A stretch of DNA of 64,000 nucleotides from Euprymna scolopes. Taxonomy: Eukaryota. The translations under genes were made by a program, and so were the position numbers. The stretch lies in the NCBI GenBank assembly GCA_053919585.1, contig CM132790.1; one strand, 5' to 3'. Under the pieces are notes generated by a model. The model searched no databases. It saw only the letters and a program-made list of their open reading frames with translations, and was not told where the DNA came from. Shown here one piece after another: positions 40,966 through 53,648 of this stretch. Within the stretch, counting starts at the first letter, position 1, and the number at the start of each line of letters is the position of its first letter.

Positions 40966-41260
40966 TTTTTTTTTCTTGCTTAAAAAAATAGCATTAATAC
41001 AGTAAGTTAGGTAAACTGACTTTTTCGTTTTAAAATGGAATTATTTCCCTTTCGTTATTAACTTTTTAAAAAATTTTTTTTTTAATAAATATTTTGTGGG
41101 GTTTGTATTACTGTATACATAGATTCAAAAAAGTTGTCCAAAAAGAAATATATAACAAATAAATGTTATCAAAGGCAAGATAAGTTACTTTTCTACCAAA
41201 CTGGATATATTTTTCGTGTTTTTATTCAATGTAACATGTTTATTCAGCTCGAAAACCATA

Positions 41261-41535
41261 CAGTGTTTACCGATGTATTGTAACATTCAAGATGGCGTCT
41301 GATTCTCTCTTTAATACAGTAAGTGTGGGAAAAGATGTTATAAATAAAAAACCGGATAAAATACTGTTAAAAACTCGCTCAATATATGTTACTGTGACAT
41401 AGGTTGACATATATTCGGCGGGTTTTTAATAGTATTTTGTATAGTTTTTTATTTCTAACACCTTTTTCCATACTTACGGTGTTAAAGAGGGTGTGAGACG
41501 CCATCTTGAATTTCCGAATACATCGGTAAACACTG
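41261..41535. mobile_element. Foldback MITE, Tc1/mariner-type ends
   Basis: TA-CAGTGTTTACCGATGTATT...AATACATCGGTAAACACTG-TA, palindromic along almost its entire length. Confidence 0.85.
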
Positions 41536-41835
41536 TATGAAAGATTAAAATGAAGCGAAATTTAAGTTTCCGTTCCATTTTTACAACAACCGTAAAACAG
41601 CGCATACTCAGCAAGTTTTATCGTAATTTATAAGCATATTGAAACACTAAATCAACATTTTATTTATTTTTTGGCATAATTAATGATGAAAGTATTGTTC
41701 TGTTTATTTTCTTAACATCTGTTAAAAAAATAATTTGTACATTCTCTTGAAAAAAAGAATCAAACTTTTCTCTACTTTCACATGTGTTCCATTTTAACAA
41801 ACTGAGGCACAGCAACGCGTGACCGGGTACAGCAA

Positions 41836-41891
<56 letters not shown>

Positions 41892-42499
41892 CTACATGAT
41901 ATATGTACACGTATAGATTATAAAGTTATCAATAAATACAGAAAATTTTAGTGTCATAGACATGATTGTGATGCATCTATAATATAATGTAATATTAAAT
42001 TTGTGATAGGAATTATGTCTGTATTCTCTGAATTATTTTTTAATCTTATTCAACGACAAATAAATCGGCTCCACATTTCGTCAGAAAATGTCGAATGCAA
42101 TCATTATATCGCATCAATAACCTCTTTATCAATATGCAACGTTCGCTGCAAATTGATGCAATTTTTTAATAAAATATGTAGATTTGCAACCATGATAAAT
42201 GAACATGAATTAAGTTTTCAATAGAGTCGGAGTAATGTAATCTTTAGAACGAAATTAAATGCAACAAAAGATTATAAATCATACTTAATCGATAATCGTC
42301 TTTGTAGCTGGCCATTTTCTTAGCTTTTATTTCTGTCGAATAATTAGACGCTCTCCGGCAGATGTCGTGAAAAGAAAAAAGGTAACTATATGAAGTAAAT
42401 TATGTTTACTAGGAAGTAAACAAGTATAATCTATTTCACAGCAACGTTCATGAAAATTAGTAAAATAATATGTTGCACCCTCCTGTCGATTTTTACCTA

Positions 42500-42882
42500 T
42501 GATCTACCGCCACAACCACTAAGTTCCTCAGATGAGTTGTTTTTAGTGGTGAAGGCTTTGTGTACAACAAACCATCCTTTTTGGTATTAATCCTAACATT
42601 TATCGGTCCAGATGACTTCCACTGGGCAGAGCGTACATTAGACCGCAGGTTTTTACAGCAGAATTACTTTCTCCTTGATGCATGTCTTAACGAAGACTGG
42701 GATCGCATCTCCCCTAGTAAATTGATTCGCCCCCAGATACCAACCTGGAATTTTTTACGACTCGGCGCGGTGCATACAGCACCCAGCTTTCTTAAATCGT
42801 CACACATCTGATACTGGCCAGGCTAAAAATTGCTTAACTTCGGTAATCTGGAAACAACCGGTGAGTCAACGTGATTGCGCTA
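42500..42882 (-). mobile_element. Second 5S-derived SINE-like element (head 42882-42772) with a different body
   Basis: Minus strand reads ATCACGTTGACTCACCGGTT..AGATTACCGAAGTTAAGCAA..GGTGCTGTATG and shares non-5S changes with the 14485 copy. Its 3' boundary is approximate. Confidence 0.7.
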
Positions 42883-42883
42883 G

Positions 42884-42920
<37 letters not shown>

Positions 42921-42924
<4 letters not shown>

Positions 42925-43075
42925 TTTTTTTGCTATAATAATTAAATACCTACAAACACTAGTGTTTCATCCTTTCGGGATTCTTCATTGCAGGGTGTCA
43001 CGATTAACACCAGCCGAACGATTCGAACCCCGCACCACGAGACATCTCTGGCTCGATTAGCGGAGACCGTATCCA

Positions 43076-43077
<2 letters not shown>
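42921..43077 (-). ncRNA. tRNA-like head fused to a type I hammerhead fold, bounded by (TA)n on both sides
   Basis: Minus strand has AATGGATA and B box GGTTCGAATC (43029-43020), then CCTGCA-ATGAAGA-ATCC/GGAT-GAAA-CACTAGTG-TT-TGTAGG (42994-42949). Confidence 0.65.
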
Positions 43078-43140
<63 letters not shown>

Positions 43141-43143
<3 letters not shown>

Positions 43144-43507
43144 TTAAACTTGTCTTTACATAAGCAGCAATGAGGTGTTACATAGTCATGAACATATTTC
43201 GCTCTTCTAGTATTTAGTAACTAGAGACCTTGTCAGGCAACAAAGCTTAAATTCAATAGCGGAATTCTTAATGATGGTCATTAAGCATTTCGCTTTTGAA
43301 TACAAGCGTTGGTACTTGAAGACGTCTCTAGTTACTAAATACTAGAAGACCGAAACATGCTCATGACTGTGTAGCAACACATTACTGCTTATGTAAAGAC
43401 AAATTGAAAGTGCAACTTGTTCTACTTCGGTATTGAGTACTATTGTATTAACCTCGTTATACTTCACTGGTTACCTTACCTCTGAAAAATAGCAACCTTA
43501 AATTATA
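43141..43507. mobile_element. Palindromic Penelope-LTR-like mini-element with a hammerhead motif in each arm
   Basis: 43141-43411 is an imperfect palindrome centred at about 43276, followed by a unique tail and (TA)n. The two-arm consensus gives a complete hammerhead. Confidence 0.75.
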
Positions 43508-43509
43508 TA

Positions 43510-43575
<66 letters not shown>

Positions 43576-43694
43576 CTACTTCATTTAATGACATAAACTA
43601 ATATAAGAATATATAATTTTATGCGTAAATTTTCAGTATTTACTTCAACAGTGCTTAATACATAAGTAGAGATAGGTAGTAAATTATGGAAATA

Positions 43695-43780
43695 AGTATA
43701 GCAATTAAGGAACACAGAATATTCCGCGTTTCATTCTCTTTAGAATTTGTCAGGCTTGTCCATAAGCCTGACGAATTCTC
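43695..43780. ncRNA. Hairpin with back-to-back hammerhead cores
   Basis: Minus strand reads AAGC-CTGACAA-ATTCT-AAAG-AGAAT-GAAA-CGCGGAATATTCTGTG-TT. Plus strand reads TAAGC-CTGACGA-ATTCT (truncated). Confidence 0.6.
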
Positions 43781-44049
43781 AAAAATATCAATATTTCACT
43801 AAAAAAAAGATTCCCCATTACCAAACTATGGCAGATACGCCGATTTGCCAGTCGAAAAGGGTGATACGGACCCAAACACTGCATCTCTGGTGAATCAATC
43901 TATCTTTCACCTAATCGAGTATGGGAGTCGAGATTATAAAATGGGACAAACTAAACAGCTTAATGATTACTATCACACTCTAGCTTGGTTATGCACTTGA
44001 ATGTCGAAAATGGTCCTTAAAATAGGCCTACACTTGACTTGAAAATGTC

Positions 44050-46690
44050 TTATGACTGCAGTTTGTTTTGTGTCCAAAGGCATTTCCAAGTACCAATCAA
44101 GACTTTCTTCATGAACGCGACTAAAACTAACTTTTCGACAAAGTAAACGGAAAGGAGTTTAACCCATCGGCTTTTATTCGAATCTTTAAGTGGTAAAGTA
44201 AGATCCGAATAAGGACGAGAAATATGAAGTTCTCAGATCTGTAAACGACTGTTTTATGAGTGTTCCAAATCAAGCTTCTCCTCACTGCTAACAAGTAAAT
44301 AACATTTTCTACTAAGCCCATCGATTGTTGCAGCACAGTTTATACAAACATCGATGGATACCAGATGAAAAATGCGGCACGTTCAGTATGCGTGATATAA
44401 GATCTGCAACAAACTCAATCAGCGGCACAACAATGCGACAATATACAAAGGCATGACATAAGATCTAGTTTTTCTCACGACATCGTTGAAAAATACGTGA
44501 AATCATCAAGCCAGAAACAATTCGAATCTACAGCCAGGCTAAAGATGTATCATCGTTAAGAAGACACCCTGGCCTAAGCACTCAAGACCAGATCGAGCGA
44601 AACTGCTCCTTAATCAGAGCAAACCCTCAATCGTAGCATCTCCAACAGATGCTCTCCCTAACACCCGATATAATGCCTTCTAAGAGAAGAGCGAGGTGTC
44701 AAAGAGGCTTTCTATTACCTTTAGAAATAACTTTAATGTGCGAGGACACTCGCGGTAGAAGGATCACTCGCCTCGTGGCAACCTGTGTGCTTCCTCCTCG
44801 CACGAGTGCACATTTCTCAAAACGGAAAGATTATTAGGTAATAAAGCTGAAAGGTGTGTAGAAGATTACCAACATTTAGAAGGATGAGGGTAAAATATAG
44901 CGACGGACCATGAACGCCTTTTCAAGCCACAAGAATTGCAAAATAGTCGGCTGCAAATGAAACAGCGTATCCGACGGGAGGGGAAAATTGGGGAAAATGG
45001 TATATCAAGCTTAGATAGATGTACGTTGTGAACACTTCTTATTTCCCTTTTTTAACGAAAGGTTTCTGGTGACTCATAGACTTGCTTCAGCTCACGCCGA
45101 GCTCAAAATTTCCTATCAATTTTTCTCCAGCTACAAACCAGACGCCGAGTATCTAGCAAGGCTTTTCGTTCAAACAAAAGACTGCTTGAAGGATTTGTCA
45201 CAGTTAATTTTGACCCCTGCTACCGTTTCATATAATATGATTTCTGTGCTGATAACACTAATCTCAGTATTGCTCTTTACGGGCATTCTTACATCGTTGG
45301 CATAGGTAATTTATTGTGGGAGAAGCGCTTGGCAAAGTGATATCACATGGGACCGTATTCAGCCTAAGCCTGCAAAGAAAAGGTTCTATCGCAAGCATTG
45401 GTGAGAAAAGAAAATCTTGACGAATAAATCGGGATAATCTGAAGGGTTTCGACCTCTTCCCATAACTTCTACCATCACCGTAAGGTTTTCATAAAAAATA
45501 TGGATCTATGTGCGAATTGTGTGCCAAAGTAAAAATAAAATAGCCCCCAATTAGCGATAGTCCATCCTATTGAAGTCTTGGGATTAATCTAAATTGACTA
45601 ACGCGACCTCGGCGTCGAATTTTTACACCGCCAAGTGTATCGAATGCAGGTTATTCTGAATTGTCTTGCTCTTAGCAACAGAAGTTTGCTAGGAAATAAT
45701 CAAGCTAGACAGGACAAGCCATACGATGATTGGCAAGAATCCTGGCTAAAATATCTAACTCGGCATTAACCGCCGTTAAGAGCCGATAATTATCTAACCA
45801 ATCCCAACCATCTTTACTTTTGCGTAACAGCTTCACAATTCTAATGGAACACCTCCAGAACGCCTTCGCTTGTGATTACGATACGTTCATCCGGTAATGT
45901 GACATGTGCACTGTACCGATCGAAGTTCCCCTGCATCCAGACCAGCGGCCATTTTTGTTCCTTCTGAGGCAATCTTTTTAACCTAGCCATAATCGCTAAA
46001 GGTTAGTGCACCTTTTCACCAGGAAGGTAAACTATGCCTAAATTTTATTAACATTAGAAAAACTTCCGTTTCCCGATATTTAATCTGAACTCTAGTGTCG
46101 CTCTAAATTCTAGATCCAGTCTGCTGATAAAATCGGCAGAAAATGACCTAATCTCTTCCTTTATTTTAACCCACCACTTATTTTCGATTACAGACCCCGT
46201 CAATAGGAATATGGTTACAAAAAATTGGAATTATATTTACAGTCAGACTGACCAATCAAATAGAGCCACGCTCTGATACCAACTAATCGGAAACCGGAAT
46301 CAGTCAATAAAATATACTAAATCTCCTAAGAATTCCTAACGTATTCGTCTACAAGTTCTACAATTAAAAGCTTCTCGAGATCGATTTTATTTGAAACATT
46401 TCTCTTCTAAAACTAAATGGTTTATAATTAGAGAAAAATGTTTTAAATGTACAGAAATTATTTTACGGAATGTTTTAGATGATTTATTAATTGAATTATT
46501 CGGAATAAAAACTTTGACTTTGCTCCGTTGTATCTTTCTTTCGAACTCGGGGACCTTGCAGGAATTTGTGTGGACTTTCGAACAAAACCCTTTTTTATCT
46601 ACATGGGATAGCATGATCTCGTTCTGGCAGCTATGACTGGATAGAAATAGGGGGGTCAATTTAATATCAAATTCGTTCCTACCTTATTAA
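44050..46690 (-). pseudogene. Decayed L1/Tx1-clade LINE ORF2
   Basis: Minus strand reads NKWWVKIKEEIRSFSADF, DNYRLLTAVNAE, ALVNLD*SQDFNRMD, GKRSKPFRLSRFIRQD..SPMLAIEPFL, YANDV...YETVAGVKINCDKS and ILGVWF. Confidence 0.85.
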
Positions 46691-49449
46691 TACCTGAAAT
46701 AGGGCAGATTTTCGCTATTGTTTTAGTTGTTTCATTCGCTATCTAAGTGTTACTTCCTGTGAGTGTCTTCTATATGTATTATGTTCCATTTTTTGTAAAT
46801 TTATTCAATTTTTATTTCTTCGGGTTTTTTTTTTTTTTTTACTTTTTATTGATGAATCAGTAATGCCTTGTGTAGTATTAGCCCTGGACCAGTTATTACG
46901 TCTTTATTAGAAAAAAACACGTTTTCGAGGATTATAAAATTCACAAGCGTTTAGGGTTAAGCATGTATATCCCGGTCAGGATAAGTTGATATACGATGCC
47001 TAGCATACCTAAATAGTCACTCATTTGGTAATGGCCAGGCTCTATATCACTTAACGTCGGTGTGTCAACGCAATTTGTTTTTCTTTTCTTCTGTTTCGCC
47101 TTTTTTCTTTAATTTTCGTTTTTTTTTTGTTTCTGACTTTCTCTTATTCTTTTTCCCTTTTTTGATTCCATTGTTCTTTGTTTCCTTTTCATTCTCCTCT
47201 ATTTTTCCGTATTTTCCTCCTTTCTATCTTTTTCCAATTTCCCTTATATTCTTTGTTATTTTTCCATTTTTATTTGTCTTTGTTTTATAATTGCTTATGT
47301 CTTTTCTCACAGAGACAATAAATTACTTTGCTTATCTTCTTTTCGTTGCATTTTCTTATTTACCCATTTCACGTTTTCAGCTGACTTCTTTTGCATACAT
47401 TCTTTATATAATAGCCTCCTTTTTTTATATTGTCCACATTTATTTATCGCCTTCCCATTTAAATCCCCTTCGGTTGGAGTTGTTCCCGATTCTCTTTCTT
47501 CAAACGAAAATCTTGTATTCCTGTCTCAATTTTGCCAAGTAAATCTATTTTCAGCTCTCAATCAACGACGCTCGTCACTATAACACGCATTATTAAACAC
47601 CAAAGGTCACAAACGAGACTCTAAAGAGTTCAATGATGAACGTATCCAGAACAGCGTATTTTTGTACACATATTCTTCCAGATAAACCATACACGATTAA
47701 TGCTGCTTCGAGCAACTGTCCACTCGAAATTTGCCTATTCTCTCCACTATACTGCCTTCTATTACTGTGAGTTAGAACTTTTTCTCTACAAACTCTACAC
47801 GATTATGCACAATGGGTTTTTACTCCTTTTCACTACAAACAGTACATATTGACACTGGTAGATAAAGGACTTATACTTAGGATCATATCTACAGGGCAGT
47901 ACATAGAAAGTTAAGCAGGAAGATGTTTGTTTGTATACATTTAATTTTTGTATTTTAATCAGGAATACGAGAAATAGAGAAGAGATTTAAAAGCCTAGAA
48001 GTTCGAGGAAAGGATAAACCCTTTCTGGCATTTAGAAACTTCAACAATGAAGATGTGGAATTTTTCTGCTTGACGAATACGTCAGGGGTATATACGTCGA
48101 GGGAGACAAATGCAATAAGTTTATCAGAGCACATTTCATTAAAGTTCTTGCAAACAGGCACACAAATGCAACATTGTAGTGATATGACGGGGTTGAGCCT
48201 TGGTTGATAATGTAGAACTATTATAAATGAAAAAGAATTTGGATACTTGTCTAAGAGGGTGAGACTCGTGGTAAATGCACCAGTTCAGATGTGGCAACTA
48301 TACTACATGTATGTAAGAAAATATGCATAATGGCTTGGAAAAACTTTCGAAGTTAGTCGATTTTTACTGTAAACCTAAACGTTACATTGTTGGTTCCCGG
48401 AAAATGCCAGATAGCCTGATTGTGGGTGATTATCGATGCTTAGTTCGTATATATATTTCTATAACAAAAAGGAATGTTTGAGTAACGGAAAGAATGTTAT
48501 TGAAACGTATTAGGTTTTAAAAATAATAAAATATTTATGTTAAACATTTTACATTTGAATTTTTAACATCAGAAAATACTTATGATAATAACAATTACAG
48601 GAATTTAGATACACAATAAAGGCGATTTAATAATGACGTCAGAGAACCAAAGAAAACACGAAGTGAGAAGAAACATCTGTTCGGTATCAAGCGCGTTGGC
48701 GAATGGACGGAGGTCTTGTACTCCGACGTTTAGATTTCACGTCAGTTGAAGTCAAAGGGGCCGAGATAGTAAAATGTAGACTTTACGAACGTTCTTACCC
48801 CCCATAAGTGACCAAGCATGTACATAACTGATTATATCCAAAAATAATTTTCGTCTTGGCTTTTCACTTTTCAGAGAAAAGACATCTTTAATTGCAGGAA
48901 GCGCGAAAGAAACTTTGGAAAGGTATGTGCCTTTTGCTGGTGGCCTCACTGGCAATGTCATTTCCCATGTTGTGAATGAACTGTCTCATGTTATTTTCAT
49001 CTTATATACACTTACATACATGCAAAACTAACGTAGATAAACGCAACGAACATTTCTAAACGACCAATAATGACGCTGTCATAAATATATACACATTACA
49101 CACATTACACACATTAAATAGACACGTAAATATGTGAACGTTAGACGACACAAATAATCGGTTATCCACTGTTATATAGGCTCCAGTATGTAACATATAT
49201 CAATTTGGTCATTCGTACATTATAATAATTTATGATATAAAATTCTTTTTGTTTGTAAAATTCAGACTGGTTGATTTAGTTATGGTGAAAAACTTAGGAT
49301 AACAGAGAAATCAAACAATGATCAAATAATAGAATAGAAAAATAATTAGTTAATAAATGAGTTTATTGTTAAAGCATCTTAGTTATTTTTTCGAAGTTGC
49401 TTGCATATCCTTGATTGAGAGGTCACTCAGTAATTTCTCTCTCTACAGC

Positions 49450-50905
49450 TTGTCGGCGATTCGCCCCCAACTCCATCTTAAAGACAACAAACAACTCCCT
49501 CCCAAATTAACCTATGCGGACTAAAGCCACACTTCATTATCTGAAAATTGCCCTTCTTATGTCCACGATATCATAAAAAAATTAGACACCTCCAAGACGT
49601 GTGTGGCTGATCTCATCCCTGCTATGTTAATTGCTCAGCTGAGCTAGCCTTCATACTTTCAAAACTTTACAATGACCTCTGTGGTACGAGCGTACCTGAA
49701 TTCTGGTGAAAGGACTAACTCTCTTAATTATCGTCCTATCAGTCTACTCACACTCTTCGCTAAAATCATTGAGTTCTTAACTAATAAAGCACTAGTCCAC
49801 CACATTTTAAAAACTTTTCTCTTGCTAACAGTATAGATTTAGGCAATGTTGTTCTACTACAGACATCCAAATAATAATAATCTTTGCTCGCATATGCCAT
49901 GAACTGGATGAGGCGGGCGAAGCCAGGGCTGTAGTCCTTGATATATCCAATTCCTTTAACAAAGTCTAGCACAAAGGGCTGATAATGATAATTAAATCAT
50001 GTGGCATAACTAGACGTATACTAAATACAATTAGATCCTTCTTAGGCAATAGGATCATCTAGATTGTAATTGATGAACGCATATTTAAACAGCATAACAA
50101 TAATGCGGAAGTACCTCATAGGTCGATCCTTGGACTAACTCTTATTCTTGATATTCATTAACGACGTCTCAGATATGATTGTGTTCGAGATGGATATATT
50201 TACTGATGATACAGCGCTCTATATTATTTATGAAAGAAATAGCGGGTGTACACAAATGAAGATAATGGCAAAATCTTTAGAAAATGACATCGAGACCATA
50301 GGGGACTGTAGCCGTAAATCGATGGTAACGTTTAATGCTAGTAAAACTTAGTTGACCTCCTTTACAAATTACAAGAATTATCTAGAACCACTGATATCCA
50401 TGACAAATAACATCCTACCTGAGAACCCTTCTTTCAAACCTCCCGGCTTAACATTCCCGAGCAATATTAACTAGAATAAATACATCGAGGAGATTGCTTC
50501 AAAAATTTGGGTTCTCTTTATTGTTCTAGAAGGCTACTTACAGTATCCTGTATTAGAAAGCCACCATGCTCCCATGTATGAAGTATTATTGTCACATCTT
50601 AGCTGGTGTATCTACCAATAATCTCTCCCTCTTGGATAGGGTCAAAACTGGAATCTTCAACCTTACAGGTCACCTGGTCAATTGAGCTCCAAGCGTTCGA
50701 CTATAAGAGTTTCTTTCCTCGAACAGCTAAAGTTTGGAATCTCCTTCCTGCTATATGTTTATCTGAATGTACTAATATACAGAAGTTTAAATCTAACGTA
50801 TACCAACATCTTGTTCATTTTTCTTAGGCATGATCCCAAACAGTAGCCTCTTTATGTCCAAATGGAGATATGCCTTGTTAGGAGTGAACGTTAGTAAAAA
50901 AAATA
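49450..50905 (+). mobile_element. Decayed CR1-group LINE (RT to poly-A)
   Basis: Reads NYRPISLL, LIFINDVSD..DIFTDDT, TFNASKT and SFFPRTAKVWNLLP..KFKSNV, with an A-tail at about 50896-50903. Confidence 0.85.
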
Positions 50906-51074
50906 TTGTTTTCATATTTAAATAGAAAAATAGGCTTTTAAAATAAATATAAGCGCAATAAATGACTCCGCATCATATATTTACTATCAGGCCGCTCGAC
51001 ATTGCCCAGTAGTAAAATACGCTTAAATAGGATATTTGGATTAATGCAAATTACTTATTTATTATTATATTATA

Positions 51075-51536
51075 CATGTTAGAAAAGCATTTCATCCAAG
51101 GCATAAAAATTGTTACAAGATTCAATTTGAAATTTATTTATCTTCAAAGTGCACTTTTATAAATGTTACAAAGTAAGGTATAAAAAATGTAATTTAAATT
51201 GAATCAAAAAATTATCGTGGATTTATTTTATGTAATTTACATTTTGTTGCACTTTAAAAAAAAATCATTGAAAATTTTATATCTATATCATTAATTGCTA
51301 GATGAAAGATAATGTTTTTAAAGTGCACCAAATTTACATAACATAAAATAAATCGAAGGTAATTTTTTTATTCAATTTAAATTACATTATTTACGTTACT
51401 TTGTAAAATTTATAAAAGTGCACTTTTAAGATAAATAAATTTCAAATTGAATCTTGTACCTTTATTTTTAAAGCCTATAGTAAAAACATTTTGTTTTACA
51501 ATTTTCATGCCTTGGATGAAATGCTTTTCTAACTTG
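51075..51536. mobile_element. AT-rich foldback MITE with TA flanks
   Basis: TA-CATGTTAGAAAAGCATTTCATCCAAGGCAT... / ...ATGCCTTGGATGAAATGCTTTTCTAACTTG-TA. The arms pair over about 190 bp. Confidence 0.85.
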
Positions 51537-51894
51537 TATCTTATCTTTTTAAGATTATATTTTAAAACTCTCCTTCTCTCTATCTCAGTTTGTATTTCTC
51601 CTCACACCACATTTCATTTTTGCAACCCCTTTGTATTATTACAGATCTGAATATTCTGTCTGTTTCAGGTTGTATTTCTCCTCACACCACAACTCATTTT
51701 TGCAACCCCCTCTTTCGTCGTTCTGGCAAATTTCATTTTTTATTATTTTCACACTTTTGCACCAATTTTCCCAGGCTAAAAGCCAAATATTAACTTTCAC
51801 ATGGGTTCGAATACCCTATATCTGAAGTTTCATGTCTGTAAACAAAAAACTAACGGAGGAGTTAGGTAGGCAATATTTTTAAACATATACACAC

Positions 51895-51928
<34 letters not shown>

Positions 51929-52509
51929 AGTTTTGTTTTACTACAGGCTTTTTACGCAAATAAAAATCATGTCGAATATCTGCATGAATATAATTACAGG
52001 TAATAGTTAAGTAAAGATGATCGTCCCATAAGAAAACCGAAAAACCTAATGAATAATTAATTAAAATAAATGTTCAAAAGAATAGGCAAATTAGCTAGAT
52101 TTTTTGCTAATGAATGCAAATCCACAGCCCATATATAACAAAGTAGAACTTTTTTTTTAATAAATAAAAAAGGGGTTATATGAATATTAATACACAAAAA
52201 CAAATTTCTAGAAGTATACATACACGAAATCTGGACAAATTTTTAATATCATATTTAAGCGTATGTTACGATCGGGTAAAGCCGCCCCACACTCACTAAT
52301 ATGAATTGGGTATAATTATTAATATAGTTAATAATATGACATCTTAATAGATTATAATATCATATTTAAGCGTATTTTATGCCGGGCGACCACTACTATA
52401 TATTATATATAATATGATAACTAATACAGAATTTGCTCTATTATGATAAATATGAAATCTGTATAAATTGATATATCGTATGTTATGATCAAACAACGGC
52501 GGCTGCTTT

Positions 52510-52662
52510 NNNNNNNNNNNNNNNNNNNNNNNNNNNNNNNNNNNNNNNNNNNNNNNNNNNNNNNNNNNNNNNNNNNNNNNNNNNNNNNNNNNNNNNNNNN
52601 NNNNNNNNNNNNNNNNNNNNNNNNNNNNNNNNNNNNNNNNNNNNNNNNNNNNNNNNNNNNNN
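52510..52662. other. Assembly gap (N run)
   Basis: Run of N. Confidence 1.
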
Positions 52663-53419
52663 ATGGAGGTACTTTCAACACTTACAGGTTAAGTAAACGT
52701 CTCAATTTGTTTCTCCGTGTTGCCCATCCTCAGCGATGCATGGTAATTTATGCACCCTATAATAATGGGTATCAATCATTGGCCACATTCGTTTGCATTG
52801 ATGCTATCAGTAAGTGAAAGCTTTCGAAAAGCGATCCGTTCCTCATTTTCGCTTCCCTCCAAGATCTGGCTTCATCTCGTGTCTCGTTTTTCATTTTCAG
52901 CCTGTCTGCATCCGACATGGCTTTATCTTTATGATTCTTTCAACTGTATTTTAGTCCAAAATCATCGAACTCACTAAATACGAGTGGTAAACAGGAGATC
53001 TTTATTTAGCCCATCGGTTTTTTGTTCACCGGTCGACGAAGTGATTATGTATGCTTACAATCTGCTATTGCGTATTGATTGGGGATGATAGGTCTTATAT
53101 TTCGTTTTCTATTCTCTTGTTTTCGGTGGCGGGGGATGGGTCCTAGTTTGGTCGAGGTTTTTGGCTAAACTATGATAAGATTTGTGCATTAGGAACGAAT
53201 ATGTCTATGAATAAATGCAGAGATAGTCTGTAAATGGCCGTATGTACATATAAACGAGCATAAACATGAAGCAGTATTTATACAACGCATATATAAATGT
53301 GTCTTCTACTCGTAAGTCCTGAAACATATTTCTCAGATTTCCCTATTAATTTTTATATTTTTCTGTTAACACACACGAGTATTTTTCTTGTCGATCTCTC
53401 GTTGTTTTCCCCACGTCAT

Positions 53420-53471
<52 letters not shown>

Positions 53472-53606
53472 AAAGGACATACGAACAATAGTCTAAAGAG
53501 CTGAGTGTATTTCAATGTAACAGTGAAATTACTAGTTTAATCAAAATACAGGAAAGAGAAAGTGCTCGTTGTAATTTAGATATATATATATTATCAATCA
53601 CATTAC

Positions 53607-53645
<39 letters not shown>

Positions 53646-53648
<3 letters not shown>

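Larger units (their letters stand above)
38941..41836 (+). mobile_element. Non-autonomous Helitron carrying nested insertions
   Basis: 5' end A|TCTATATATATAAAA. 3' end GCACAGCAACGCGTGACCGGGTACAGCAAG|T (hairpin plus a degenerate CTAG). Pairing of the two ends is inferred. Confidence 0.6.
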
